From positions 1-54,252 of the IMG/VR virus record IMGVR_UViG_3300021373_002055: a stretch of 54,252 nt of DNA, one strand, 5' to 3'. The first letter of the stretch is position 1. Every line of letters starts with the position of its first letter. Shown piece after piece: positions 43,515 through 52,471 of the stretch. A program made the position numbers and the translations under genes. Source of the DNA: a virus. Its lineage: Duplodnaviria > Caudoviricetes. Under the pieces are notes generated by a model. It was given only the letters and a program-made list of their open reading frames with translations. It ran no database searches and was not told where the DNA came from.

Positions 43515-44870
43515 CTACCCTAACGTTCCGCCAAGATCTTTGAACTTTTGCGCAAGATTTTTTTTCACCATGTTTTCTCCTGTTTTCATAACTTGTGTAG
43601 TTTGCTTTCCTTGTGTAGTCTGTGGTTCAAAGAATTGAAACTGACCATTGTTTGTGTTTATTTTACACGGTAATGTTATACCGTCTGGACCGAATCTATT
43701 TTTAATTACATGACCTCTACCTGTGCCTGACATTTTATCTTCTACTTTTCTAGAAAGTGACATTAAAAAGTCTGCTACCATTACTTTACCATATGACGAT
43801 GCAATCTTGTCTGCTTCAATAACATCTTCTTCTAATGCAGACCTGCCTGCTTGTGATGCTGTCCAAACTGGTATGTTATATTCGCCGGCCATACCTCGCA
43901 TTTCTTCATATAATTCTTCTAATGCTTCATGTTTATCTTTTTTAGCGTTAACCTTTAAAAGATCACCATAATCAATAATAACCAGATCTGGACTATTTCC
44001 TAGCATAATAGTTTTTTCTATATGAGCCTTGATACCCATTACTCCTATAGATTTAGTTGGATAGTGTTTTATAATTAACTCACCTTTCAACGTGTCCATT
44101 TTTTCTTGTATGTCTTCCTGATAGTTTTTCAAGTTCTGTGCATTAATACCAGTTACTACAGAATCATATCTTTGACCTACGTAGTTTTCATTAAGTTCTA
44201 ATGTATAATGAATAACAGTTTTGCCGGCTTTAACTGCATTTGCTCCTATATTGATAAGCAACCAAGACTTACCAATACCAGCTGGAGCCATTACTACTCC
44301 CAATTCTCCTGGTGCTAATCCACCGTCCATTAAATCGTCAATAACATCCCAACCAGTTGTCATTGTATGTCGGGCTGCTTCGTCATAACGAATTGCTACA
44401 TTGTCTTTGTATTCTAATCCTATATCAGTATCTGCACCAGCTTTCATTGCACTGTCCATAATGCTTTTAATTTCATCGTAACTACCCATCTTGAGTAATC
44501 CGACACTATCCATTATGGCTCTTTTAATCTCTTGATTTTTGCAAAATTTGAGTATTTCGTCTTTAACAAATTTAAGGTCGTCTGATTCCATGTAACGAAA
44601 AACTTCCTTTAATTGTTCTAATATGGCGGTCTTAAGCACATCATTCTCTATGCCAGTAACCTTGACTTTTAATACGTCTTTTGAAGGAGGAGCCTTATAT
44701 TCTCGGAAATGTTCTAATATAACGTCCAATAGCCAACTATTAGCATCTGACTCAAAATAGTCTGCTTGTATAATATCAGTTATTTGTTGTAAAAATATTC
44801 TGTCCGTAAACATTGCGGCTAAAACTTTTACTTGAAAGCTCCATCCGTATTCACTTAATTTATCTGTCAT
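43515..44870 (-). CDS. replicative DNA helicase (DnaB/T4 gp41-like)
   Basis: APAGIGKS, YTLEL, IIDYGD, WTASQ, KNRFG. Confidence 0.92.
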   Translation of the reverse strand: MTDKLSEYGWSFQVKVLAAMFTDRIFLQQITDIIQADYFESDANSWLLDVILEHFREYKAPPSKDVLKVKVTGIENDVLKTAILEQLKEVFRYMESDDLKFVKDEILKFCKNQEIKRAIMDSVGLLKMGSYDEIKSIMDSAMKAGADTDIGLEYKDNVAIRYDEAARHTMTTGWDVIDDLMDGGLAPGELGVVMAPAGIGKSWLLINIGANAVKAGKTVIHYTLELNENYVGQRYDSVVTGINAQNLKNYQEDIQEKMDTLKGELIIKHYPTKSIGVMGIKAHIEKTIMLGNSPDLVIIDYGDLLKVNAKKDKHEALEELYEEMRGMAGEYNIPVWTASQAGRSALEEDVIEADKIASSYGKVMVADFLMSLSRKVEDKMSGTGRGHVIKNRFGPDGITLPCKINTNNGQFQFFEPQTTQGKQTTQVMKTGENMVKKNLAQKFKDLGGTLG

Positions 44871-44875
44871 ATTAG

Positions 44876-44904
44876 ATAATAATAAAAATTAAAATAAAAT
44901 CAAA
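44876..44904 (-). promoter_or_regulatory. class A promoter candidate TTTGAT-N17-TATTAT
   Basis: 17-nt spacing upstream of the helicase. Confidence 0.55.
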
Positions 44905-45957
44905 TCATTTTTGTGTTTGTTTTGCGAATGCATCCAAAGACAGCCAGGTTCGAGTCAACCAATCTGGAAGATTCTTCATTACTGCCCACATTTTATCTTC
45001 ATAGAATAAACGTTGAAACTCAGCACGATTTAGACTAGAAATTTCTTGATCCATTATGCCTCGTATTTTAGAAGATACATTTGCAGATATATCTAGAAGT
45101 TTTATATCCATAAGTTGCCAATTTTTTTGTAAGGTTTCTCGATGATCTAAAATTTTCTGATATTGTTTGGTTTCAGTTACAAGATCGTTACTTTTTTCAA
45201 ATAATTCTTCTAATGTAACTTGACGCTGATTTGCTATTTCTGGAATAAGTTTCATTATAGTCTTTGGACCTATTCCTGCTACGCCTGGTATATTGTCTGA
45301 CTTATCACCAGTAAATGATCTGTATAAAACCATGTTGCTGGGATGTACACCAAACTCATCTATGATTGCTTGGGTGTCATACATTTTCTTTTTGATAGGA
45401 GACCATACTTGAATACGGTCATCTACTAGTTGATAGAAATCTCTATCGGTTGAAACAATTGTAATCTTCTTACATGTTTCTTTATACATTTGTGCTATAT
45501 ATGCAATAGTGTCATCTGCTTCTATTCCATCCATTGCTAAAAAAGTTACAGGCAAGTTATCTAAATATGAAACTAATCGACTAAACTGTTTTCTCATTGA
45601 TTCTTGCTCATCTTCTATACTTGTTTCATGATGATCGAATCTACGCAGTTTAGTTTTATTGGCTCTGTTTGCCTTGTAACCTTTGTAAATTTTTCTTCTT
45701 TTAGCGTTACCGCCACGTCCATCAAATGCAATAACACATCTGCTTGGTTTAAAGTCTCTGACAGTTTTACCTATAGAATATAAAAATCCAGTTATACCAC
45801 CTATATGGTCACCGTCTTCGTTATATGCCGGCGTTGCCCCAAAACTTCGAATAAAGGTATTGAGCCCGTCAAATACCATGATATGATCATTAGCATCCTT
45901 TGGGCTCGTTTCCTTTTCTTTTTGTAACTCTTTAAATAATCGTTGATACTTATTCAT
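44905..45957 (-). CDS. 5'-3' exonuclease/flap endonuclease (T4 RNase H/Pol I N-terminal-like)
   Basis: FDGLN, YKANR, EADD, STDRDFYQL, GDKSDNIPGV.GIGPK. Confidence 0.92.
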   Translation of the reverse strand: MNKYQRLFKELQKEKETSPKDANDHIMVFDGLNTFIRSFGATPAYNEDGDHIGGITGFLYSIGKTVRDFKPSRCVIAFDGRGGNAKRRKIYKGYKANRANKTKLRRFDHHETSIEDEQESMRKQFSRLVSYLDNLPVTFLAMDGIEADDTIAYIAQMYKETCKKITIVSTDRDFYQLVDDRIQVWSPIKKKMYDTQAIIDEFGVHPSNMVLYRSFTGDKSDNIPGVAGIGPKTIMKLIPEIANQRQVTLEELFEKSNDLVTETKQYQKILDHRETLQKNWQLMDIKLLDISANVSSKIRGIMDQEISSLNRAEFQRLFYEDKMWAVMKNLPDWLTRTWLSLDAFAKQTQK

Positions 45958-47126
45958 TATCCTTCTTCATCAATTACTTCTTCATCGATAACAACGTCAT
46001 CAATTCCTCCGTCTACACCTGCCTGATATTTGAAGATATAAGCGTCGCAGATTCTTTTGTATAACCTTTCTTTTGCTTCAGGGTTTTGCATAACCTTACT
46101 AACAAAATCTTTGCTCTGGAATTTCATTTCTCCAAAGACTTCACCAGTTTCATGATCTATATCTTCCAATGTATACCATGCTCCTGCTTGTTTAACCAAT
46201 TTGAATTTCTTCATTAGGTTCAACCAACCACCGAAATTGTCAATACCGCTATCATAATAGATTTCATAATCAATTTTACGATGTGGTGGACCCATACGGT
46301 TTTTAACTACCTGCACTTGAGTTTTGCTACCCACTACCTGTTCTGCACCATTAACTGTTGCTTTAATCTGACCGGTATTTTTTAATCGAAGTCTAACAGA
46401 TGCATGGAAAGGAATAGCCTTACCACCTGCTGTTGTCCATTGATCTCCAAATGACACACCCATTTTAACTCTGAGTTGATTGGTAAATATTAAACAGATA
46501 CGCTCCCGAGCAATCCAATTTGTAACCTTACGCATTGCTTTTGACAGAATGATTGATTTAGAGGTTGCATAACCATCCTTATCATATTCTGCAGACATTT
46601 CAATTTTTGTAGATGCGCCCATAATTGAGTCTACTACAATAGTAACTAATCTGTCTTTGTCAGATTTACGTACCCCGTCCACAATAGTTTCAATTGTTTC
46701 AAAAATCTCTTCTACTGTTTCAAGAGGTACGTATAGCATTGTTTTCAAATCGGCACCGATTGCAGTTAAGAATTCAGAACTAGTTGCTGACTCTGTGTCT
46801 ATATAGACAGCCAGACCACCTTTCTTTTGTGTTTCTGCTAAAGTGTGTGCTGCTAGCAATGATTTACCCGAAGCTTCTAACCCTGTTATTTCGGTAATTC
46901 TACCAACAGGAAACCCTCCGCCTGGTCTATTAGATATTGCTAAATCCAAAGAATCACATCCTGAAGATATCCACTCCTTAACATTACTTGGCGAATCGTC
47001 ATCGCCAGAAAGAAAGAATGCGGTCTTTAACGCTTGACCTTTAAACTGTTTGTTTATACTATCGGCCAATGTGTTTGCTAACGCATCTTCCAGTTCGTCC
47101 TTACTTTTGCTTTTTTTCTTTGCCAT
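45957..47126 (-). CDS. recA: RecA/UvsX recombinase
   Basis: GRITEITGLEASGKS, YIDTE, VVDS, FTNQLR, GGKAIPFHASVR, KNRMGPP. Confidence 0.93.
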   Translation of the reverse strand: MAKKKSKSKDELEDALANTLADSINKQFKGQALKTAFFLSGDDDSPSNVKEWISSGCDSLDLAISNRPGGGFPVGRITEITGLEASGKSLLAAHTLAETQKKGGLAVYIDTESATSSEFLTAIGADLKTMLYVPLETVEEIFETIETIVDGVRKSDKDRLVTIVVDSIMGASTKIEMSAEYDKDGYATSKSIILSKAMRKVTNWIARERICLIFTNQLRVKMGVSFGDQWTTAGGKAIPFHASVRLRLKNTGQIKATVNGAEQVVGSKTQVQVVKNRMGPPHRKIDYEIYYDSGIDNFGGWLNLMKKFKLVKQAGAWYTLEDIDHETGEVFGEMKFQSKDFVSKVMQNPEAKERLYKRICDAYIFKYQAGVDGGIDDVVIDEEVIDEEG

Positions 47127-47136
47127 TTAAAGACTC

Positions 47137-47922
47137 CTACTTGTTAAATAAATCGTTGAATGCTGATGCTACATCTGTTTGTTTTTCTTCAGTTTTGGCT
47201 TCTGCCTTTTCCTCAGTTTTTGCAGATGTATCTGCTGTGGTGTTAGATGATGTATCAACGTCAGCACTGTCATCTTCCGGATTCATCCACGCTTTAAGAG
47301 CGTTTTCTAACTCTTCATAAGTTGGTTCTGGGAAAATGTCTGTGATTACAGGCTGATTCATAATCTTCTCTGCAATACCTTTGTCTTCGGTTGCAGGTGT
47401 TGTGTTAGGTTTAACACGAATTGTAGTCTTTGGATAACCTCCGCCCTCTGCAGGAATAAACTCTACGTCGATGTCACGACCATTCATTAAGTCGGTAATA
47501 TCACCATAGTCTGGATCGGACACAATGGAAAGCAATTCTGTGTAGATCGTTTTACCGAATCCCCAAAATTTAACACCTTCTGCTTCTTTACCGCGTACGA
47601 TAACAGGAACATAAGTTCTCATTTTAGGTTCAATTTTACGACCCATCAGCCACTCATCTTTGTCTCCGGTCTTCTTGAGTTTTTCTGCAAATTCAACTAC
47701 CGGGTCTGCATTACCAAATGATACTGGTGATAGCATTGACCTTTTGGCAATGTCATAATGAAAATACAATTCTAGAAATGGATTGTCTTTGCGGTGAACG
47801 TAAGGTACAATTCTTACTCTTGTTTTTGGGCCAGCTTCTGGCTTCCATAGGTTGTTACGACGATCGTCGGTTTTGTTTAATTGGTTAAGTTTTGCCTTGA
47901 TGGCGTCTAAGTTAAGTCCCAT
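47137..47922 (-). CDS. single-stranded DNA-binding protein (T4 gp32-like)
   Basis: WKP...VRIVP, LYFHY, FWGFGK, DITD...GRD, acidic tail AFNDLF. Confidence 0.8.
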   Translation of the reverse strand: MGLNLDAIKAKLNQLNKTDDRRNNLWKPEAGPKTRVRIVPYVHRKDNPFLELYFHYDIAKRSMLSPVSFGNADPVVEFAEKLKKTGDKDEWLMGRKIEPKMRTYVPVIVRGKEAEGVKFWGFGKTIYTELLSIVSDPDYGDITDLMNGRDIDVEFIPAEGGGYPKTTIRVKPNTTPATEDKGIAEKIMNQPVITDIFPEPTYEELENALKAWMNPEDDSADVDTSSNTTADTSAKTEEKAEAKTEEKQTDVASAFNDLFNK

Positions 47923-47970
47923 TTAAGTACTCCTTTGTTAAGTTATTAATTTATGTTATTTATTAATTAT

Positions 47971-47999
47971 ATATTAGATAATTAAATCGTTAAGTCCAA
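47971..47999 (-). promoter_or_regulatory. class A promoter candidate TTGGAC-N17-TAATAT
   Basis: 17-nt spacing upstream of ssb. Confidence 0.55.
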
Positions 48000-48027
48000 G
48001 TAATTGTTTAATTTTTTTATTGTTTTT

Positions 48028-48393
48028 TTAGTAGCGCATTTTGTCTAAGTTGCGTTTTAATTCTGAAATGAAACGATCATAATTATGTGTTCCATAACTG
48101 TCTTCAAGTACCCTAGCAACAGCAAATGCAAGATCTTGATATGACATTGAGTCATTGATGTTGTTAATTGCATCGTAAATATCTTCGGCTAATTGCTCTC
48201 CCGTTGGATTTGCATCTAGTTTAGTATGACTAGCATCTTGTGGTACATAATAATGCCCGCCTGGATCAAATTCTGAATCACCTTGTTCTTTTAAATTAGA
48301 TTCATGTTTAGCAGTTGCATCTGCTAATGTCGGCAAAGAACCATCTGATTTACGCTCCCACGCATATCCTTCTAGTAGTTGTTTTAGTTTCAT
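48028..48393 (-). CDS. hypothetical protein with N-terminal leader
   Basis: starts MKLKQLLE-G. Confidence 0.7.
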   Translation of the reverse strand: MKLKQLLEGYAWERKSDGSLPTLADATAKHESNLKEQGDSEFDPGGHYYVPQDASHTKLDANPTGEQLAEDIYDAINNINDSMSYQDLAFAVARVLEDSYGTHNYDRFISELKRNLDKMRY

Positions 48394-48408
48394 TGTTAAT
48401 TCCTTTTA

Positions 48409-49128
48409 TTAAAATCCAGGTACTTCATCAAACCCCTGGCCAGGATCTTTTCGTTTCAAATAGTAACCAATCTCTCGGTCATCGATACCATACTGTTTAG
48501 CTACTTGTGGATCTTCAATTTCCATGCTTTCAACGTTACCATCTTCATCAAATATCATTTTTAAATCTATGGTAGTTCCGTCTTGTATTAGTATTTCACA
48601 ATCTGCTTTAAATTCACTGCTTTCTAATCTGGTTTGATCATATGCTGGATTGCCGTCGTCATCCGTTTGATTGGTAGACTCGGCATCTGTTATTAAAGTT
48701 TGTATACCGTCTATGACACGATCTTTTGTTAACAATGTTTCTGGTTTGAATGGTAACCAAACCGTATTGAAATTGGTGCTACCATCGATGCTATTGATAA
48801 ATATTTGAATTCTTGCTGCATCAGTCATTTCAATGGTATCCGGATCCATTTCAGTATTTTCACCGTTATAATCTTGATATGCATCAATTGAAAATTTAGC
48901 TAATGAATCAGGATCGTGTGCTATATAATAAACATCTCGACCTTCATTTCCATGATCTTCTACAACATCCATGTCATCATACTCGCCAAAATCAATTACG
49001 TATTTCTTTCCATAATATGTAAATGAAGCTACATCTGTTTTGTAGTCGAATTTTACATTTTGTAATGCAGGTTCTTTGAATTGCCTACGAGACATTTGTT
49101 CTGTTATTAAATCTTTAAGTCGAATCAT
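48409..49128 (-). CDS. acidic hypothetical protein with N-terminal leader
   Basis: starts MIRLKDLITE-Q; strongly Asp/Glu-rich. Confidence 0.75.
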   Translation of the reverse strand: MIRLKDLITEQMSRRQFKEPALQNVKFDYKTDVASFTYYGKKYVIDFGEYDDMDVVEDHGNEGRDVYYIAHDPDSLAKFSIDAYQDYNGENTEMDPDTIEMTDAARIQIFINSIDGSTNFNTVWLPFKPETLLTKDRVIDGIQTLITDAESTNQTDDDGNPAYDQTRLESSEFKADCEILIQDGTTIDLKMIFDEDGNVESMEIEDPQVAKQYGIDDREIGYYLKRKDPGQGFDEVPGF

Positions 49129-49149
49129 ATTATTACCTTATTATATATA

Positions 49150-49157
49150 ATAAATAT
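49150..49157 (-). promoter_or_regulatory. class B motif ATATTTAT
   Basis: 21 nt upstream of ATG 49128. Confidence 0.5.
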
Positions 49158-49161
49158 CAGG

Positions 49162-49545
49162 TTACCAAGAAATCTTCTTGAAAAATATTAATTCAACTAC
49201 ACGGTAGCTGTCGTCGTCTGTTAGTATAAATGAATTTTGATAGTGTGACCAATCTACTTGATATGATTTATCTAAAACTCCGTTGTTGACTCGACGTATA
49301 ATTGCGTTAAGAGCATTGACTGTATACAGAGTATTGGTTTCTTTTTTACGATGTATGCTTATGGTGTTTTGTCCCCGTCGAGTTGTGCTATCAGCATTGT
49401 AGGTGCAATACAATTGATCTTGTTGATCTGCATTGGAAAACACGAATATTCGTTGTTCTGGTATAGTGTAACTTTGTTGTATGTAATCAGTTACAATGTT
49501 TAAATCTGTCTGATGAGCGAATGTGCAAAGTAGTTGTGTTTTCAA
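49162..49545 (-). CDS. conserved phage hypothetical protein
   Basis: TTG start after AGGA; KTQLLCTF...SIHRKKETNTLYTVNALN. Confidence 0.7.
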   Translation of the reverse strand: MKTQLLCTFAHQTDLNIVTDYIQQSYTIPEQRIFVFSNADQQDQLYCTYNADSTTRRGQNTISIHRKKETNTLYTVNALNAIIRRVNNGVLDKSYQVDWSHYQNSFILTDDDSYRVVELIFFKKISW

Positions 49546-49555
49546 TTGTTTAGTC

Positions 49556-50494
49556 CTAGAATTTTTTTGGCTGTATAAATATTTTAAAAACTATAGATAC
49601 ATTATTTCCAATGTCGAATTGTTTTGCAAATTCTCCAGTTTCTCCGGTCGTTATTGCTGCAATAATTTGTTCTTTAAAATTAGTTTTTTCTAATCCAGCT
49701 TCAACTTGTGTAGTTAATATGTCTGAAATTTGTGATTCGGTACCTAACTGTGAATAAATTTTTTCTCCTAATGATATTCTGCGCAATAGTTGTGATGAAA
49801 TAATATATACCGGACTAATTGAGTTAAATTTATAGCCTCCACTATTTCTAAAACCAAATATATAAAATTTATTTGGATCGTTAGAAAAAAATGTAGTTTG
49901 TAAATTTAAATTAATATTACCAGTAGTTGCAGTTTTAACTTCAAATTTATTGTTACCATCCTCCCCGTCTACACCTTTTGCTTGGGATGTTACATGTTGA
50001 ATATTTGTGTTAAATTTAGAATTCAAGTAAGTAAATATAACTGCTTCTGCTGCTATGCCTGGAGATGTGTAATCAGATATTGGCAAATTAGTTTTATTAT
50101 TATTTCCTAGTGTATAGTGCCCATCATATCCGTCAGTATATTGGTCAATGTCTGTAATTGAAAATACTGTTTCGAAACTAGGTTTATAATGTTTTTTAGT
50201 ATATTCTGCTAATTGTTGTAACTGACCAATTTTGTTTTTAGTTTTTAACAATTGCAATAAATCCGCAAAATCATCAGTTGCTGAATTTGGATCTGATGAT
50301 AACATACCAGATGTCTCTTCTTCATCTTGTTCTTCTAATCCCATTGCTCTGCGCACAATTGCATCTTGTTGAGGTTCGGGTAAATCAGTTTGTTCGCGTA
50401 AAACGTTGCGCAACTCAATGTAATCTTCGGGGCAGTCTGGATAACCTTTTTCTAATCGGTATGTCCATTCTGTAATTATAGAATCTATATTCAT
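49556..50494 (-). CDS. putative PD-(D/E)XK restriction-like endonuclease with separate N-terminal module
   Basis: GIAAE...GVDG...KFEVKT catalytic-like spacing; N-terminal IDSIITEWTYRLEKGYPD then acidic linker. Confidence 0.5.
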   Translation of the reverse strand: MNIDSIITEWTYRLEKGYPDCPEDYIELRNVLREQTDLPEPQQDAIVRRAMGLEEQDEEETSGMLSSDPNSATDDFADLLQLLKTKNKIGQLQQLAEYTKKHYKPSFETVFSITDIDQYTDGYDGHYTLGNNNKTNLPISDYTSPGIAAEAVIFTYLNSKFNTNIQHVTSQAKGVDGEDGNNKFEVKTATTGNINLNLQTTFFSNDPNKFYIFGFRNSGGYKFNSISPVYIISSQLLRRISLGEKIYSQLGTESQISDILTTQVEAGLEKTNFKEQIIAAITTGETGEFAKQFDIGNNVSIVFKIFIQPKKF

Positions 50495-51813
50495 AACGTG
50501 ATAGTTCTCATTTTATCATAAATATCGCCAACTTTACATTTCACCGGAAATTTTCCCTGTTCCATGATAGTTTTTATTTGTGGCAATATGCCTTTGGCTT
50601 CTGATAAAGGAACATCGAATAGAACGGAGTCATATGTATACAATATTATACATGCTTCATAGTCTTGCAGATATTTTTGTAGTTCTGCTAATTTTTTAAC
50701 AGACACCTCTGTTTCAGTGGCCTGCAAATAATAGTTAAACAACTTATATGATGTCATGTTGGTGACTTGATCTTTGCAAATGCTACGACCTATTATAGGA
50801 GTTTTTATGCAACCACTGCGCTTCCATGTAGCCCAAAGCTTAAACACAAAATCATTTACTTGCTGAAAAAATGGAATCGTTAAAAACTCTTTGTCTATGC
50901 CTCCATATAAAAGTCTAAACGTAATAGCTTTACTTTCTTCTCTTTGTTGTTGTGTTAATTCTTCAACACCAAAATAAAAGCGACCCAAATAGTCATGTAT
51001 ACTAGTTTCAGGCAAATCATATCCAATAAGTTTAGCAATCAGTCTAACATGATAACTGTCAAAATCCATTTCAACCAAAGCACCTTCAGTGTGTCTGCTT
51101 ACAAATGCCGCTCTAGTTCCATCTTCTTTGTTCATTGCCGCATAATTGAATCCACCATATGCATTGCTTGGTCGACCCGTTGTGGTATGATAGTTGTATC
51201 TGGAATACACTCGATTGCCGTTAACTAGTTCTGGCATTCGAAAAGTGCTGTTAACTGCTAATCCATTTTGTTCTATGTCAGCAAACGTTCTGGGATACAA
51301 CTCATTGAAACGTTTATATGAATCGGTGAGTTTTGCATTGACAATCATGGGCCATGCATAATGTCTAATCTTCTGACACATAGCCAAATGTTGCTGCATT
51401 GGTATTACTGCATTTACTTGTGGTAATGATTTGAGTCGACGCCAATAAAAATCATGAGCTGGTGTAGGATAATGAGACTCATCATATGCTTCATTATATG
51501 TATACCACCACAAAGTCTTTACATCCCATACGGCATCGTTTCCACCGGTTTGAAGCCACCGCTTCTTGTCATGGATAAATATATTATCTAGTTGCAAGAA
51601 CTGTTTTAGATATTGTGAAAAGCCCCTTATTTGTTCTGTATGAGCCATTGGTATCAACCATTCACTTTTATCTTCACAATAAATGTAAACTGCGTGAATA
51701 TCTTGTTGTGATTCGTGGGTAGTTGGATTTGCATAGATAGGAACTAGTAATGTCTTGTTTTCTGCTATTATACTTAGGCAGGTCGTAACATCAGATTCAT
51801 AGTCCACTATCAT
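50491..51813 (-). CDS. short divergent family A DNA polymerase
   Basis: TTTGRPS, motif A MDFDSYHVR, motif B REESKAITFRLLYG, NYYLQ, motif C YTYDS. Confidence 0.8.
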   Translation of the reverse strand: MIVDYESDVTTCLSIIAENKTLLVPIYANPTTHESQQDIHAVYIYCEDKSEWLIPMAHTEQIRGFSQYLKQFLQLDNIFIHDKKRWLQTGGNDAVWDVKTLWWYTYNEAYDESHYPTPAHDFYWRRLKSLPQVNAVIPMQQHLAMCQKIRHYAWPMIVNAKLTDSYKRFNELYPRTFADIEQNGLAVNSTFRMPELVNGNRVYSRYNYHTTTGRPSNAYGGFNYAAMNKEDGTRAAFVSRHTEGALVEMDFDSYHVRLIAKLIGYDLPETSIHDYLGRFYFGVEELTQQQREESKAITFRLLYGGIDKEFLTIPFFQQVNDFVFKLWATWKRSGCIKTPIIGRSICKDQVTNMTSYKLFNYYLQATETEVSVKKLAELQKYLQDYEACIILYTYDSVLFDVPLSEAKGILPQIKTIMEQGKFPVKCKVGDIYDKMRTITL

Positions 51814-51820
51814 ATAACAT

Positions 51821-51849
51821 ATAATAGTAAATAATTTTTACGAATCCAA
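51821..51849 (-). promoter_or_regulatory. class A promoter candidate TTGGAT-N17-TATTAT
   Basis: 17-nt spacing, 7 nt upstream of ATG 51813. Confidence 0.6.
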
Positions 51850-52470
51850 TCCGTTGATGTCTGTGGGTTTGATAAAGTCTGTGTCGGTATAGTATTGAAG
51901 TGGGTCTGTTAATATGTTGGAGATGCCTGGTAATTTTACTTTAGCTAAATTTATTTGTTGTCGATTTTTTGATATTACTCCTAGAGTCGACACAATACCA
52001 TTAAAAGAATCTTGTTTTGGACCTGAAATATACCATTTTATTTCAATAATTGAATATAATTTTTTATCAGAAATATTACTAGATATATCGTCATATGATT
52101 TTTTTTCAATTTCTTGTATACTATTACTATCATATTTCTTAATAAAATATCTTGTTATATATCCTGTTGATATATTTTCTTTAGTTAAGTTTACTGGTAT
52201 TAAAGAAACTGATTTAAATTTTGTTTTAATCTTTGGTTTTAATCTTCGGTATTCAGTTGCGCCAGGATTGTTAGGTGTTGGTGCTTGATATGCAATTAAT
52301 TTTTTTGATATTTTAGCATTCCATTTTGATTGTGTGTAAATTTCTCCAGTTAAGTATCGATGATATGCTCCTTTATATTCAATATTATCTGTAGTCATCC
52401 ATTGTTTACCTTTAGTAAACAAATTATTAATAGTTTCATCTGCAGTGTAATATGTTTTTTGTCTGCTCAT
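51838..52470 (-). CDS. hypothetical protein, possibly baseplate-associated
   Basis: 210 aa directly downstream of the hub-like gene; EYKGAYH, GYITRYF, KWYISG. Confidence 0.6.
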   Translation of the reverse strand: MSRQKTYYTADETINNLFTKGKQWMTTDNIEYKGAYHRYLTGEIYTQSKWNAKISKKLIAYQAPTPNNPGATEYRRLKPKIKTKFKSVSLIPVNLTKENISTGYITRYFIKKYDSNSIQEIEKKSYDDISSNISDKKLYSIIEIKWYISGPKQDSFNGIVSTLGVISKNRQQINLAKVKLPGISNILTDPLQYYTDTDFIKPTDINGLDS

Positions 52471-52471
52471 A

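Noticed and set aside
35746-47126. Inteins or introns in polymerase, RNR, helicase or RecA
   Set aside because: Normal lengths, contiguous motifs, no splice-junction signatures seen
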